Shown here in pieces: positions 1 through 10,304 of a DNA stretch of 64,000 bases. The notes below the pieces were generated by a model that saw nothing but the letters and a program-made list of their open reading frames with translations, did no database searches and was not told where the DNA came from. A program made the position numbers and the translations under genes. How positions within the stretch are numbered: the stretch's first letter is position 1; every line of letters begins with the position of its first letter. The stretch comes from an uncultured Flavobacterium sp. GTDB lineage: Bacteria > Bacteroidota > Bacteroidia > Flavobacteriales > Flavobacteriaceae. Location: positions 8,734 to 72,733 of the forward strand of contig CAXYWC010000003.1 of assembly GCA_964292845.1 (NCBI GenBank). The letters are read 5' to 3'.

Positions 1-1761
1 AATCCTGTTGCGGCTGCTCCTAGCCAAAATTTGCCGCCAAACGAACAATTAGCACAAAATTATTTCGACCGAGGCGAGTTTGATAAAGCCATATTGATTT
101 ATGACGATTTAGCAAAAGGACAACCCAATAATTACCATTATTTTCAGAAACAAATTGCTTGTTACCAGCAACTAAGCCAATTTGATAAAGCCGAAGCGAG
201 CATTAAAAATAGAATAGAAAAAACCAAACAACCTAATTTATACATCGAATTAGGGTATAATTATCAATTGCGAAAAAATACCGAAAAAGCGGACAAAAAC
301 TACAAAATTGCTTTGGGAAAAATACAAGAAAACCCCAATAATGTCTATACCATTGCCCGTGATTTTGAACAAAAAGTACTGCCAGAACAAGCCATTGAAG
401 CATACAAACTGGGAGCAACAGGAAACCCCAATGCCAATTTTGATTACCAAGTATCGCTTTTGCAAGGGCAACTGGGCAAAATAGATTTAATGATAGATAC
501 CTTGTTGGATTATTCGTATAAATTCCCCAATAATTTAGCGTTAGTCCAAAACCAATTTACCCGTTTTATGGCCGAAGACGCACAAAAAAGCTTTTCGGAA
601 TATCTCAAAAAAGCATTGCTCATTCGGACACAGAAAACACAAGACATTTTTTGGAATCAATACATGAGTTGGTATTTTGTACAACAAAAAGACTACGCAA
701 AAGCATTCATTCAAGAAAAAGCAATTTTCAAAAGAAATGCCGATAATTTAGGCAATATCATCAATCTGGCTAAATTAACTATTGAGGATAAAGAAATAGA
801 AACCGCTACCGAAATCCTAAACTTTATCTTGCTAAACACACAAGATCTTGGCTTACAAATGGAAGCCCATTATCAGTTGACCTCCATCGATATCCATAAA
901 GCGACAACAACCGAATATCCAATTATAAAGGAAAAGCTCACTTTATTATTAAAAAAATACGGAATTTCGCCTTATTCTATTCAACTACAAATTCTAACTG
1001 CTCATTTTGATGCTTTTTATTTAAAACAATTTGAATCGGCAAAAACAATGTTAACCAAAACCTTAGATTTACCTTTGAATAGTTACCAAAAAGCCGATAT
1101 AAAGATGGAATTGGCCGATATTTTATTGCTCGACGAAAAATTCAACCAAGCCATAATATATTACGCCCAAATAGAAGATGATTTAGCAAACAATCAAATA
1201 GCACACGAAGCGGGTTTAAAAATGGCAAAAGCCAGCTATTACAAAGGCGATTTCGAATGGGCACAAAAGCAATTTACGGTATTAAAATCATCGACATCGC
1301 AACTTATTGCTAACGATTCGATGGAATTGTTTTTACTCATTAGCGATAATACTGTGGAAGATTCGACACAAGTGGCCTTGAAAAAATTCGCTAAAGCCGA
1401 TTTTTTAGCCTATCAAAACAAAAATGCAGAAGCATTACAATTATTTGAAACTATTTTAACCCAACACAAAGGCGAAAAAATTACCGCTGTAACTTTGCTA
1501 CGAATAGGGAAATTGTACGAAAAACAAAATAATTTCCCCCAAGCACTTAACTATTATCAACAAATAATAGACCAATATGCCGAAGAAATTTACATCGATG
1601 AAGCTTTGTTTTTTTCGGCCGAAATTTACAGAAAACAATTGCCCGATATTGCAAAAGCAAAAACCTATTACGAGAAAATAATATTCAGTCACGAGGACAG
1701 CATCTATTTTGTCGAAGCCAGAAATAATTATAGGAAAATGCGAGGAGACACCAATCTTTAA
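1..1761 (+). CDS. Tetratricopeptide repeat protein (5'-truncated by the window edge)
   Basis: Frame 1 is open from base 1 (NPVAAAPSQNLPPNEQLAQNY...), so the TTG at 31 is not the true start. Helical TPR-like repeats run throughout (e.g. AEALQLFETIL, ALNYYQQII, AKTYYEKII). Confidence 0.85.
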   Translation, partial: NPVAAAPSQNLPPNEQLAQNYFDRGEFDKAILIYDDLAKGQPNNYHYFQKQIACYQQLSQFDKAEASIKNRIEKTKQPNLYIELGYNYQLRKNTEKADKNYKIALGKIQENPNNVYTIARDFEQKVLPEQAIEAYKLGATGNPNANFDYQVSLLQGQLGKIDLMIDTLLDYSYKFPNNLALVQNQFTRFMAEDAQKSFSEYLKKALLIRTQKTQDIFWNQYMSWYFVQQKDYAKAFIQEKAIFKRNADNLGNIINLAKLTIEDKEIETATEILNFILLNTQDLGLQMEAHYQLTSIDIHKATTTEYPIIKEKLTLLLKKYGISPYSIQLQILTAHFDAFYLKQFESAKTMLTKTLDLPLNSYQKADIKMELADILLLDEKFNQAIIYYAQIEDDLANNQIAHEAGLKMAKASYYKGDFEWAQKQFTVLKSSTSQLIANDSMELFLLISDNTVEDSTQVALKKFAKADFLAYQNKNAEALQLFETILTQHKGEKITAVTLLRIGKLYEKQNNFPQALNYYQQIIDQYAEEIYIDEALFFSAEIYRKQLPDIAKAKTYYEKIIFSHEDSIYFVEARNNYRKMRGDTNL

Positions 1762-1808
1762 TTTCAATTTCAAAAATCAATGGCAATTTCAATAAAAAAA
1801 TCTAAAAA

Positions 1809-2120
1809 ATGATACTATACAACGTTACCATCAACATTCACGAAAGTGTGCACGACCAATGGTTTTCATGGATGCAAGAAAAACACATTGCCGACGTTCT
1901 AGCCACAGGGAAATTTTCTTCGGCAAGAATGGTCAAAGTATTAATAGAAGAAGAAATGGGCGGAACTACCTATTCCATTCAATACACAACCGACAGTAAA
2001 AATACGTTACAGAAATATTATGAGGAAGATGCACCTCGTTTGCGTGAAGAGGGTTTGCGCCTTTTTGGCGATAAAATGCTGGCTTTCCGAACCGAATTAG
2101 AAGTAATTAGCGAGCATTAA
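1809..2120 (+). CDS. DUF4286 family protein
   Basis: 103 aa. MILYNVTINI...HDQWFSWM..KHIADVLATG matches my recall of the Bacteroidota DUF4286 family. Confidence 0.8.
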   Translation: MILYNVTINIHESVHDQWFSWMQEKHIADVLATGKFSSARMVKVLIEEEMGGTTYSIQYTTDSKNTLQKYYEEDAPRLREEGLRLFGDKMLAFRTELEVISEH

Positions 2121-2124
2121 AATT

Positions 2125-2317
2125 ATGGAAATTCATTTTCAAACCAAAGAAGAAAGCAATAAAAAACAGTTGGAATATTTTTTTGAAATTATCCAAAGTA
2201 GAGCGTATTTATAGTTTTTTAGGATTGATTCTCAAAATGAAACAATTTCCAACAAAGCGTAAAATTGAAAATAAAAGCAATAATTTTGTGATTGAATTAA
2301 AAGAGAAAATAAAATGA
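2125..2317 (+). pseudogene. Small hypothetical gene with apparent +1 frameshift in a T7 run
   Basis: ATG at 2125 hits TAG at 2212-2214 as written. Removing one T from the T7 run (2178-2184) gives a continuous 63-aa ORF, MEIHFQTKEESNKKQLEYFLKLSKVERIYSFLGLILKMKQFPTKRKIENKSNNFVIELKEKIK, ending at TGA 2315-2317 (193 nt = 64 codons + 1). Confidence 0.6.
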
Positions 2318-2414
2318 TTCAAAACGGGGACACTAACATCAATCAATTTCAATAGCACGCAGATACAAAGATTTATTAGACATTCAGCAACTTCGGGCTA
2401 TTAATAAAAAATAA
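2314..2414 (+). pseudogene. Internally deleted remnant of a nucleotidyltransferase-like gene
   Basis: ATG overlaps the upstream corrected stop (ATGA). Another frame encodes RRYKDLLDIQQLRAINKK* (stop 2412-2414), resembling the R.KDL.D C-terminus of Bacteroidota nucleotidyltransferase-family proteins (from recall). Only about 100 nt remain. Confidence 0.45.
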
Positions 2415-2489
2415 AATCCAACTTCAATTCGTTTTTTTGAAGACAAATTAACCAATAAGAGCGATTGCTTTATGCCTCGCAATAATGAT

Positions 2490-3269
2490 ATGGAAGCAGT
2501 AAAAGCAAAAAAACACCTCGGACAACATTTTCTAAAAGATGAAAGCATCGCAAAAGCAATTGCCGACACGTTAAACCTAGAAGGCTATGACGATGTGTTG
2601 GAAATAGGACCAGGAATGGGCGTTCTTACAAAATATTTATTGGACAAACCCATCACGACTTATGTTGTTGAAATCGATACCGAATCGGTGAGCTATCTAG
2701 ATGCAAATTATCCAAAATTAAAAGATAAAATCATTGCTAAGGATTTTTTAAAATATGATGTTAATGCCATTTTTGAAGGAAAACAGTTTGCCATTATTGG
2801 AAACTTTCCCTACAATATTTCGACACAAATTGTATTTCGCGCTTTAGAATATCGCAACCAGATTCCAGAGTTTGCTGGTATGTTTCAAAAAGAAGTGGCT
2901 CAAAGAATTTGCGAGAAAAAAGGAACCAAAGCCTACGGAATTTTATCGGTTTTAGTACAAGCGTTTTATGACGCCGACTATTTGTTTACTGTAGATGAAT
3001 CCGTATTTATCCCACCACCCAAAGTAAAATCAGGTGTATTACGCTTGCGAAGAAAAAAAGAGTACAGTTTGCCTTGTAATGAAAAACTGTTTTTTACCGT
3101 GGTGAAAACTGCTTTTCAGCAACGAAGAAAAACCTTGAGAAATAGTTTAAAAACCTTAAATTTGTCGGACAATTTAAGAGAAGACGAAGTTTTTAATCTG
3201 CGTCCGGAACAATTAGACGTGCAACAATTTATAGAACTGACTCAAAAAATAGAAGCCGATGGAGTTTAA
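2490..3269 (+). CDS. rsmA: 16S rRNA (adenine1518/1519-N6)-dimethyltransferase
   Basis: [22 protein letters not shown]-binding motif, [20 protein letters not shown] 2490 preferred over 2472. Confidence 0.97.
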   Translation: MEAVKAKKHLGQHFLKDESIAKAIADTLNLEGYDDVLEIGPGMGVLTKYLLDKPITTYVVEIDTESVSYLDANYPKLKDKIIAKDFLKYDVNAIFEGKQFAIIGNFPYNISTQIVFRALEYRNQIPEFAGMFQKEVAQRICEKKGTKAYGILSVLVQAFYDADYLFTVDESVFIPPPKVKSGVLRLRRKKEYSLPCNEKLFFTVVKTAFQQRRKTLRNSLKTLNLSDNLREDEVFNLRPEQLDVQQFIELTQKIEADGV

Positions 3270-4611
3270 AATCAGCAAAGACCTAATACAAGAATTAGAG
3301 CAACTTATAGAAAGTAAAAACGACCAACAATTGGAGATTTTACTAAATGACTTGCACCATGCTGATATTGCCGAGATTCTCGACGAACTCGATTTTGACG
3401 AAGCCACTTATATTTTTAAACTACTTGATTCCGAAAAAACAGCCGAAATTCTTCTTGAACTAGAAGAAGATTTGCGAGAAAATATTTTAAGCCGATTATC
3501 GCCAAAAGAAATTGCTGAAGAATTAGACGAACTCGAAACCAATGATGCTGCCGACATTATTGCCGAACTTTCCCAAAGCAAAAAACAAGAAGTAATTTCT
3601 GAACTTCAAGATGTTGAACATGCCAAAGATATTGTCGATTTGCTCCGTTATGACGAAGATACTGCTGGAGGAATTATGCACAAAGAGTTGGTAAAAGTCA
3701 ACGAGAATTGGAGTGTATTTACGTGCATTAAAGAAATGAGAATTCAGGCAGAAAACATCTCAAAAATACATTCTATTTATGTAGTAGATGATGAAAACCG
3801 ATTAAAAGGACGCTTATCACTCAAAGATTTACTCATTACATCAACAAGAACCTCTATTCGAGATGTGTATATTCCAAAATTAAACTCGGTAATGGTTGAT
3901 ACTGAAGATGTTGAGGTAGCTCGGATTATGCAAAAGTACGATTTAGAAGCCATCCCAGTTGTTGATGAATTGGGCAGGCTTGTAGGACGCATCACTATTG
4001 ATGACATTCTCGATGTAATCAAGGACGAAGCCGACCAAGATTACCAATTAGCAGCAGGTATCTCGCAAGATGTTGAAGCAGATGACAGTATTTTAGAACT
4101 CACAAGAGCGCGACTGCCTTGGTTAGTATTAGCACTACTTGGCGGTTTTATTTCTGTAAAAATGTTAGGCCTTTTTGAAGGAGCCATGCTCAAACATGGA
4201 GAGTTGTTTTTTTTCACCCCTCTTATTGCCGCAATGGCAGGAAATGTGGGTGTACAATCATCGGCCATTATTGTGCAAGGTTTAGCAAACAACACCCTAA
4301 GCGGCTCCTTATTTAACCGATTAATAAAAGAGATTTCATTAAGTCTTCTAAACGGCGTAATACTCGCAACAATTTTATTTTTAGGAAGTTACTTCCTTTT
4401 AAATGCAGACTTAAAAATAGGTATAACAGTTACTATTTCGCTTATTTCTGTAATTATAATAGCATCGCTCATCGGTACATTTGTTCCTATTTTATTAGAT
4501 AAATTAGGAATAGATCCAGCACTTGCCACAGGGCCATTTATTACAACAAGCAATGATATTTGTGGTATTTTAATCTACTTTTCAATTGCTAAATTAATTT
4601 TAGGTTTCTAA
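3259..4611 (+). CDS. mgtE: Magnesium transporter MgtE
   Basis: Acidic N-domain, CBS pair, TM region with [11 protein letters not shown] and [16 protein letters not shown]. Overlaps the rsmA stop by 11 nt. Confidence 0.95.
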   Translation: MEFKISKDLIQELEQLIESKNDQQLEILLNDLHHADIAEILDELDFDEATYIFKLLDSEKTAEILLELEEDLRENILSRLSPKEIAEELDELETNDAADIIAELSQSKKQEVISELQDVEHAKDIVDLLRYDEDTAGGIMHKELVKVNENWSVFTCIKEMRIQAENISKIHSIYVVDDENRLKGRLSLKDLLITSTRTSIRDVYIPKLNSVMVDTEDVEVARIMQKYDLEAIPVVDELGRLVGRITIDDILDVIKDEADQDYQLAAGISQDVEADDSILELTRARLPWLVLALLGGFISVKMLGLFEGAMLKHGELFFFTPLIAAMAGNVGVQSSAIIVQGLANNTLSGSLFNRLIKEISLSLLNGVILATILFLGSYFLLNADLKIGITVTISLISVIIIASLIGTFVPILLDKLGIDPALATGPFITTSNDICGILIYFSIAKLILGF

Positions 4612-4621
4612 ATTTGAATAC

Positions 4622-5398
4622 ATGAAAATACACATCATTGGTGGCGGAAACTTAGGTGTTGCCATTGCTTTAGGAATAGCAGACCACACGACAAACAACA
4701 CTATTGTGGTTACCAAAAGAAATACCGCAACCATCTCCCATTTGCAAGAAAAAGGAATCGAAATTTCAGCAAATAATTCTCATCATATTCAAGAAGCGGA
4801 TTGCATCATTTTGACTGTAAAACCATATCAAGTAGAAACTGTTTTAACAGAAATTGCCGATAAAATTCAAAACAAAACCATCATTTCAGCAGTAAGTGGT
4901 CTTTCGATAGAGACTCTTCAAAGTTTGGTAGGAAAAAACAATGCTGTCATTCGAATTATGCCCAATATTGCCATACAGTTTGGCGAATCAGCCACTTGTA
5001 TTGCGTTTAACCAAAAAAATGAAACTGAAGCTCAAAAAGTAATTTCGCTATTTCAAGAACTAGGAACAGCTCCTGTAATAGAAGAAAAACTAATGGATGC
5101 CGCCACCGTTCTTGGTGCTTGCGGAACAGCTTACGCCTTGCGCTACATTCGTGCCTCTATGCAAGCAGGAATAGAAATTGGTTTTGATGCCCAAACGGCA
5201 CTCGCTATAGCAGCCCAAACGGCAAAAGGAGCTGCAAAAATGCTACTAGAAGAAAAAGTACATCCAGAACAACTCATAGACAAGGTAACCACACCACAAG
5301 GTTGCACTATTGTAGGACTCAACGAAATGGAACATCAAGGTTTTAGTTCTTCGCTTATAAAAGGAATAAAAACCTCGCTACAAAAAATAAAAGAATAA
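4622..5398 (+). CDS. proC: Pyrroline-5-carboxylate reductase
   Basis: IIGGGNLG Rossmann motif, LTVKP, RIMPN, DKVTTPQGCTI. Confidence 0.93.
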   Translation: MKIHIIGGGNLGVAIALGIADHTTNNTIVVTKRNTATISHLQEKGIEISANNSHHIQEADCIILTVKPYQVETVLTEIADKIQNKTIISAVSGLSIETLQSLVGKNNAVIRIMPNIAIQFGESATCIAFNQKNETEAQKVISLFQELGTAPVIEEKLMDAATVLGACGTAYALRYIRASMQAGIEIGFDAQTALAIAAQTAKGAAKMLLEEKVHPEQLIDKVTTPQGCTIVGLNEMEHQGFSSSLIKGIKTSLQKIKE

Positions 5399-5458
5399 AC
5401 TTTGAGTTCGTTATAAAAAGAAAAAAGCACCCTTGCTTTTACTGTTGAATACAGCAAA

Positions 5459-5490
5459 AAAGACGGTTCGCAATGTAGCAAACCGTCTTT
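5459..5490. terminator. Bidirectional intrinsic terminator between convergent proC and the aminopeptidase P gene
   Basis: AAAGACGGTT...AACCGTCTTT inverted repeat with A/T tails. Confidence 0.75.
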
Positions 5491-5513
5491 CTTTATTTCT
5501 ATCTATTTTCAAA

Positions 5514-6806
5514 TTACGAATTCATCAAACTTTCAATTTCCTCTACTTCAATAGGAATGTTTCGCATTAAGTTGAAAGGTTCTCCTTTTTCTTGTACCAC
5601 AACATCGTCTTCTAGTCTAATACCAAAACCTTCGGCAGGGATATAAATTCCAGGTTCAACTGTAAACACCATATTGGCTTTCATAGGTTCGTGTAACAAT
5701 CCATAATCGTGCGTGTCTAATCCCATGTGGTGCGAGGTTCCGTGCATGAAATATTTTTTGTATGCTGGCCATTCTGGGTTTTCGTTTTGTACATCGGCTT
5801 TGTCAAGCAACCCTAAACCAAGTAATTCGGAAGTCATGATTTTGCCTACTTCTACTTGATACGGTTTCCATAAAGTGCCTGGTGTAAGCATTTTTGTAGC
5901 TTCATTTTTCACGTTTAGAACCGCATTGTAAACCGCTTTTTGTCTGTCGGTAAATCGTCCAGAAACGGGAATCATTCGGGTCATATCACTAGAATAATTA
6001 GCATATTCGGCACCTACATCTAGCAAAATTAAATCGCCTGCTTTGCATTGCAAGTTGTTTTCTATATAATGCAACACATTGGCACTATTTCCAGAAGCTA
6101 TAATTGGTGTGTAAGCAAATCCTTTCGAACGATTTCTTAAAAATTCGTGCATGAATTCTGCTTCTATTTCGTATTCCATCACATTTGGCTTCACGAACGA
6201 CAGCAAACGACGAAATCCTTTTTCGGTAATATCACAGGCGGTTTGTATCAAATCTAGTTCTTCGCTTTCTTTGACAGAGCGAATGCGTTGCAAAATAGGA
6301 TTCGATTTCTCAACTTTATGCGCAGGATAATTTTCTTTCCACCATTTTATAAAACGGGCTTCACGAGTTTCGGTTTCAATTACAGCACGATAATGCTCAT
6401 TAGTATTAATGTACATTGTATCGGCGTAAGCCATAATTTCTTTCAGTGTTTTATGAAAATCCTGTAGCCAAATCACACTTTTTATGCCCGAAACTTCAAA
6501 AGCACGGTCTTTGGTTAGTTTTTCGCCTTCCCAAATGGCAATATGTTCGTTGGTTTCTTTTAGGAACAAGATTTGTTTCAAATGTTCGTAGGGTGCATCT
6601 GGAAAAAGCAACAAAATACTTTCTTCTTGATCTACTCCAGAGAGATAAAAAATATCACGATGTTGTGCAAATGGCAATGTGCTATCGGCAGAAACAGGAT
6701 ATATATCGTTCGAATTGAAAACGGCAACACTATTAGGTTTCATCTGAGCTGTAAATTTTGCTCTATTTTTGATAAAAAGTTGAGAATCTATTTGATGGTA
6801 TTTCAT
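5514..6806 (-). CDS. pepP: Xaa-Pro aminopeptidase (M24B)
   Basis: AMP_N-like N-domain. Metal ligands in LLDVGAEYANYSSDMTR, HGTSHHMGLDTHD, FTVEPGIY, GIRLEDD. Confidence 0.9.
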   Translation of the reverse strand: MKYHQIDSQLFIKNRAKFTAQMKPNSVAVFNSNDIYPVSADSTLPFAQHRDIFYLSGVDQEESILLLFPDAPYEHLKQILFLKETNEHIAIWEGEKLTKDRAFEVSGIKSVIWLQDFHKTLKEIMAYADTMYINTNEHYRAVIETETREARFIKWWKENYPAHKVEKSNPILQRIRSVKESEELDLIQTACDITEKGFRRLLSFVKPNVMEYEIEAEFMHEFLRNRSKGFAYTPIIASGNSANVLHYIENNLQCKAGDLILLDVGAEYANYSSDMTRMIPVSGRFTDRQKAVYNAVLNVKNEATKMLTPGTLWKPYQVEVGKIMTSELLGLGLLDKADVQNENPEWPAYKKYFMHGTSHHMGLDTHDYGLLHEPMKANMVFTVEPGIYIPAEGFGIRLEDDVVVQEKGEPFNLMRNIPIEVEEIESLMNS

Positions 6807-6999
6807 TGATTTTAGATTATTGGATTATTAAACTTTTAGATTGTTAGACAATTCTATAATTGAAAGTATCAAAATTAAGGAATAATATAACTTTTAGTGT
6901 AGCCAAATGGCGTTATTTTCAAAAATCAATATCAATTACAATGTCAAAAATCAATTGCAAACTTCAGTATTTCTTAAATCGGTGTTTAAAATAATTAAA

Positions 7000-7596
7000 T
7001 TACAAAACATTTTTCCGAATACGACTCATGTGGCGAGAAGAAATTCCAAGAAACGAAGCTAGATAATGTAACGGAACTTCTTGCAATAATTTAGGCTCTG
7101 TTGCCAATAGCTTTTTGTAGCGTTCTTCGGGCGTAAGTGTGAGCAAATCGATGCGATAATCATCAATCAAACAAATTTGTTTTTCAATTAAATTGTAATA
7201 AAACTGATTAAAAGCAGGATTATTTTCGATTAAATCCCTAAAAACATGGATATTTATAACCCATAATTTACAATCAAAAATGGCTTTCACGCTTTTGCGA
7301 GATGGTTTGTTGAATAAAAAACTATTAAGGGAAGAGGTTACCGTATTTCGCAGTGCTAGATATGACGTTTTTTCTTCCTCCAAAACAAGAATCGAATGTT
7401 GCAAAATGCCGCTTTCGATATAACAAAAGTATTGGCAAATTTCTCCTTCTTTGACCAAATAATCATTTTTTTTTAAATGTAAAAAGGTGAATGAATTGGC
7501 CGCTTTTTGAATAAATGGTTCAAAGACGTCACTTTCACTGTCCATAAATTGGTGTAAATAGTTAGTGAAAGTAGTCTTAGAATTTGAAAGCTCCAT
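7000..7596 (-). CDS. Crp/Fnr family cyclic-nucleotide-binding transcriptional regulator
   Basis: LVKEGEIC..FCYIESG cNMP-binding fold. C-terminal TPEERY..L...VPLHYLASFLGISSRHMSRIR helix-turn-helix. Confidence 0.9.
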   Translation of the reverse strand: MELSNSKTTFTNYLHQFMDSESDVFEPFIQKAANSFTFLHLKKNDYLVKEGEICQYFCYIESGILQHSILVLEEEKTSYLALRNTVTSSLNSFLFNKPSRKSVKAIFDCKLWVINIHVFRDLIENNPAFNQFYYNLIEKQICLIDDYRIDLLTLTPEERYKKLLATEPKLLQEVPLHYLASFLGISSRHMSRIRKNVL

Positions 7597-7689
7597 TTTT
7601 TTTAAATTTTTTTAAACAAAAATATTCATTTTAATAGAAATAAGTTGGGTTAAATCGTTTAAAACAATATTTTTATAAAAATTTTAGTT

Positions 7690-8535
7690 ATGAAAAAATA
7701 TTTAGTGTTAATTTTATTTTCAGTTACAATTCAAGCTCAAGATAAAGTTCCTTTTCTGATTTTTGATGGCAATGGGCGAGAAACAAGCTATAAAGACATG
7801 TTGAAAGCTTCGGAAAAAGCAGAAGTGGTCTTGTTTGGCGAAGAACATAATAATGCCATTTCGCATTGGCTTCAGTTAGAACTCACCAAAGATTTAGCCG
7901 AAAGAAAACAACTTATTTTAGGTGCAGAAATGCTTGAAGCCGACAACCAAAAACAAGTAAACCAATATCTAAAAGGAGAAATCAATCAAAAACAACTTGA
8001 TACTACTGCTCGACTATGGCCAAACTACAAAACAGATTACAAACCCTTAGTCGATTTTGCCAAGACAAAAAACATTCCGTTTATTGCCACCAATATTCCT
8101 CGTCGTTTTGCTTCCAAAGTATCTAAAAACGGCTTCGAAGCGCTTACGGAGTTAACTTCGGAAGAAAAAATGTGGATAGCGCCGTTACCTATTTTATATG
8201 ACCCAAATTTGCCAGGTTATGTTAAAATGCTAAAAATGATGGGCGAACATACCAGCCCAAATATGCCAAAAGCACAAGCTTCAAAAGACGCTACAATGGC
8301 TTATTTTATCCTAAAAAATAAAAAACCAGAAACCACGTTTGTACATTATAATGGCACTTACCACAGTGATAATTTTGATGGAATTAACTGGTATTTATTA
8401 CAAAAAGAACCAAAATTAAAAATTGTAACAATCGCTACCGTTACGCAAGCTGATATCATTCGTTTTGAAAAAGAAAATCTCCATAAAGCCAATTTTATCC
8501 TTGTAATAGACGAAGATGTTACTAAAACGTATTAG
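7690..8535 (+). CDS. ChaN-like (iron-regulated/haem-binding family) exported protein
   Basis: Signal peptide ending ..IQA-Q. VVLFGEEHNN, LGAEMLE, FIATNIPR, AQASKDATMA and HYNGTYHSD match my recall of the ChaN/TIKI-like family. Confidence 0.75.
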   Translation: MKKYLVLILFSVTIQAQDKVPFLIFDGNGRETSYKDMLKASEKAEVVLFGEEHNNAISHWLQLELTKDLAERKQLILGAEMLEADNQKQVNQYLKGEINQKQLDTTARLWPNYKTDYKPLVDFAKTKNIPFIATNIPRRFASKVSKNGFEALTELTSEEKMWIAPLPILYDPNLPGYVKMLKMMGEHTSPNMPKAQASKDATMAYFILKNKKPETTFVHYNGTYHSDNFDGINWYLLQKEPKLKIVTIATVTQADIIRFEKENLHKANFILVIDEDVTKTY

Positions 8536-8570
8536 ATTTCACTTAATGTTGAACCCAAAAAAGACAAACT

Positions 8571-9461
8571 ATGAAAATTAAAAATCTAGTGTTATTCGTT
8601 GTTTTAGCATTTTTCTTTTTGTCTTGTACAGACAACGATGATGATATTGTTGAAGAAGTTATTCCTCCTACAGAAGCGCAACTAATAGTTAAATTCAAAT
8701 TTGATCCAACACAAATTCGATTAAATAATCTAGGGCAACCCTCAAGTGTAACGGCTGGAAATGCAGCTCAATCGCCCAATTTTAACACAATTGCTTCTCA
8801 TTATGTAGAGTTAGCTCCTAGTGCCACAACTCAATTAGGCTCAGGAACTATTTTGTATCGTGGACAAGAAACAACAGCTGGCGGCTTGCCTGCTTTCGAT
8901 TTTAGTAAAGCAAAAATTGTGGCCGAAGGCGAAGCTTTTTTAAGCATTCCTTTAAGTCAAATAAAAGCAGGAAGTTACGAGTGGGTTAGGTGCTCGCTTT
9001 CGTATCAAAATTACGACATTACTGTTCGAAGTGCAGGAGTTGATTATGTCGGGACTTTGGCCAGTTTTGTAGGAACTAGAACTTATATTACAACACATTA
9101 TATAGGAAATTACCCTTTTGTGGTAAATGGAAATCGCGACCAAGGGTATTGGACTTTTGGACTACAAGGAGTTAATTATTCGACTTTTGGACAAACGCCG
9201 GCAGGAGCAACAACGGTTCCAAATCCAATTGCTTCAACATCGCCAATTCCTGCTAATTCTTGTGTAGTAACGGGAAAATTCGCTAGCAATTTAGTGATTA
9301 CAGGTACTGAAACAACGAATATCGAAGTGACACTTTCGCTTTCTACCAACAACAGTTTCGAGTGGAATGAAGTAAATATAGACGGAAAATACGAACCTTC
9401 TGCAGGTGAAAATGTGGCAGATATGGGATTGCGAGGATTAATTCCTAGTTATGTGAGATAA
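8571..9461 (+). CDS. Hypothetical beta-rich lipoprotein
   Basis: Lipobox FLS-C19 followed by acidic TDNDDD (surface-export-like signal). Thr/Gly/Ser-rich. No family recognised. Confidence 0.75.
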   Translation: MKIKNLVLFVVLAFFFLSCTDNDDDIVEEVIPPTEAQLIVKFKFDPTQIRLNNLGQPSSVTAGNAAQSPNFNTIASHYVELAPSATTQLGSGTILYRGQETTAGGLPAFDFSKAKIVAEGEAFLSIPLSQIKAGSYEWVRCSLSYQNYDITVRSAGVDYVGTLASFVGTRTYITTHYIGNYPFVVNGNRDQGYWTFGLQGVNYSTFGQTPAGATTVPNPIASTSPIPANSCVVTGKFASNLVITGTETTNIEVTLSLSTNNSFEWNEVNIDGKYEPSAGENVADMGLRGLIPSYVR

Positions 9462-9523
9462 TTTTTAAACATCAAACGGTTTTATTACATTTAAGCTGTT
9501 GAAAATCAAATTTAATAACAGTC

Positions 9524-9542
9524 ATTTAAATTAGTTCTAAAT
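9524..9542. promoter_or_regulatory. Candidate Fur-type box upstream of the sdhC promoter
   Basis: ATTTAAATTAGTTCTAAAT matches 15/19 to the ATTTAGAATTATTCTAAAT palindrome I recall for Flavobacteriales Fur. The region is AT-rich, so a chance match is possible. Confidence 0.4.
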
Positions 9543-9555
9543 TAGTTCAAAAAAG

Positions 9556-9586
9556 TTGTGATTACCCTCAAATAATCTTATTTTTG
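9556..9586 (+). promoter_or_regulatory. Bacteroidota sigma70-type promoter of sdhCAB
   Basis: TTG at 9556-9558 and TATTTTTG (-7, TAnnTTTG) at 9579-9586, about 40 nt before the ATG. Confidence 0.6.
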
Positions 9587-9625
9587 TTCGAATTTTAATA
9601 CAATTTTACAATCTAAATAAACATT

Positions 9626-10291
9626 ATGGCAAAATCAACCATGTTGAAGTCGTCAATAGCAAAAAAGGTAGCTATGGCGCTTTCAGGACTCTTCTTAGTT
9701 ACCTTTTTAGCCCTTCATTTTTTTATTAATTTAACTTCCGTTTTTAGCGAAAGCGTTTTTAATGCTTGTTCTCACTTTATGGGCTACAATCCTTTGATTC
9801 AATTTGTTATGCAACCTATTTTAGTAGCAGGAGTTGTTTTTCATTTTGTAATGGGAATGGTTTTAGAACTAAAAAATCGCGAGGCAAGACCCGTAGCGTA
9901 TGCAAAATACAACGGTGCCGCAAATGCTTCATGGCCTTCTAGAAATATGATTATTTCTGGATTAGTTGTTTTAGCGTTTCTAGGATTGCATATGTACGAT
10001 TTTTGGTTTCAAGAAATCCTTTACAAATATGTAGATGTTCAATCTGTAAACGAAACACGCTATTTTGAAGAATTAGTTCATAAATTTGAAAGTCCTGTTC
10101 GTACCGGTTTGTACGTTATTGCTTTCGTATTATTAGCAATGCACTTGTGGCATGGTTTCAGCTCATCGTTTCAATCGGTTGGTTTTAACAACAAATTTTC
10201 AAAAAACATTCAAAAATGCGGTTACGCTTTTGCAATAATTGTTCCTTTCGGATTCATATTTATTGCACTGTTTCATCATTTTAATCAATAA
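9626..10291 (+). CDS. sdhC: Succinate dehydrogenase/fumarate reductase cytochrome b subunit
   Basis: [12 protein letters not shown], multiple TM helices with His haem ligands (LHFFIN, FHFVMG, LHMYDF, MHLWHG). First gene of the sdh cluster. Confidence 0.93.
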   Translation: MAKSTMLKSSIAKKVAMALSGLFLVTFLALHFFINLTSVFSESVFNACSHFMGYNPLIQFVMQPILVAGVVFHFVMGMVLELKNREARPVAYAKYNGAANASWPSRNMIISGLVVLAFLGLHMYDFWFQEILYKYVDVQSVNETRYFEELVHKFESPVRTGLYVIAFVLLAMHLWHGFSSSFQSVGFNNKFSKNIQKCGYAFAIIVPFGFIFIALFHHFNQ

Positions 10292-10304
10292 TATCAATAC
10301 GAAT

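Noticed and set aside
6806-7000. Short TTAGA(T/C)/AATCAAT low-complexity repeats between pepP and the Crp gene
   Set aside because: Too degenerate and AT-rich to define an element. No target gene for the Crp regulator can be inferred from them.
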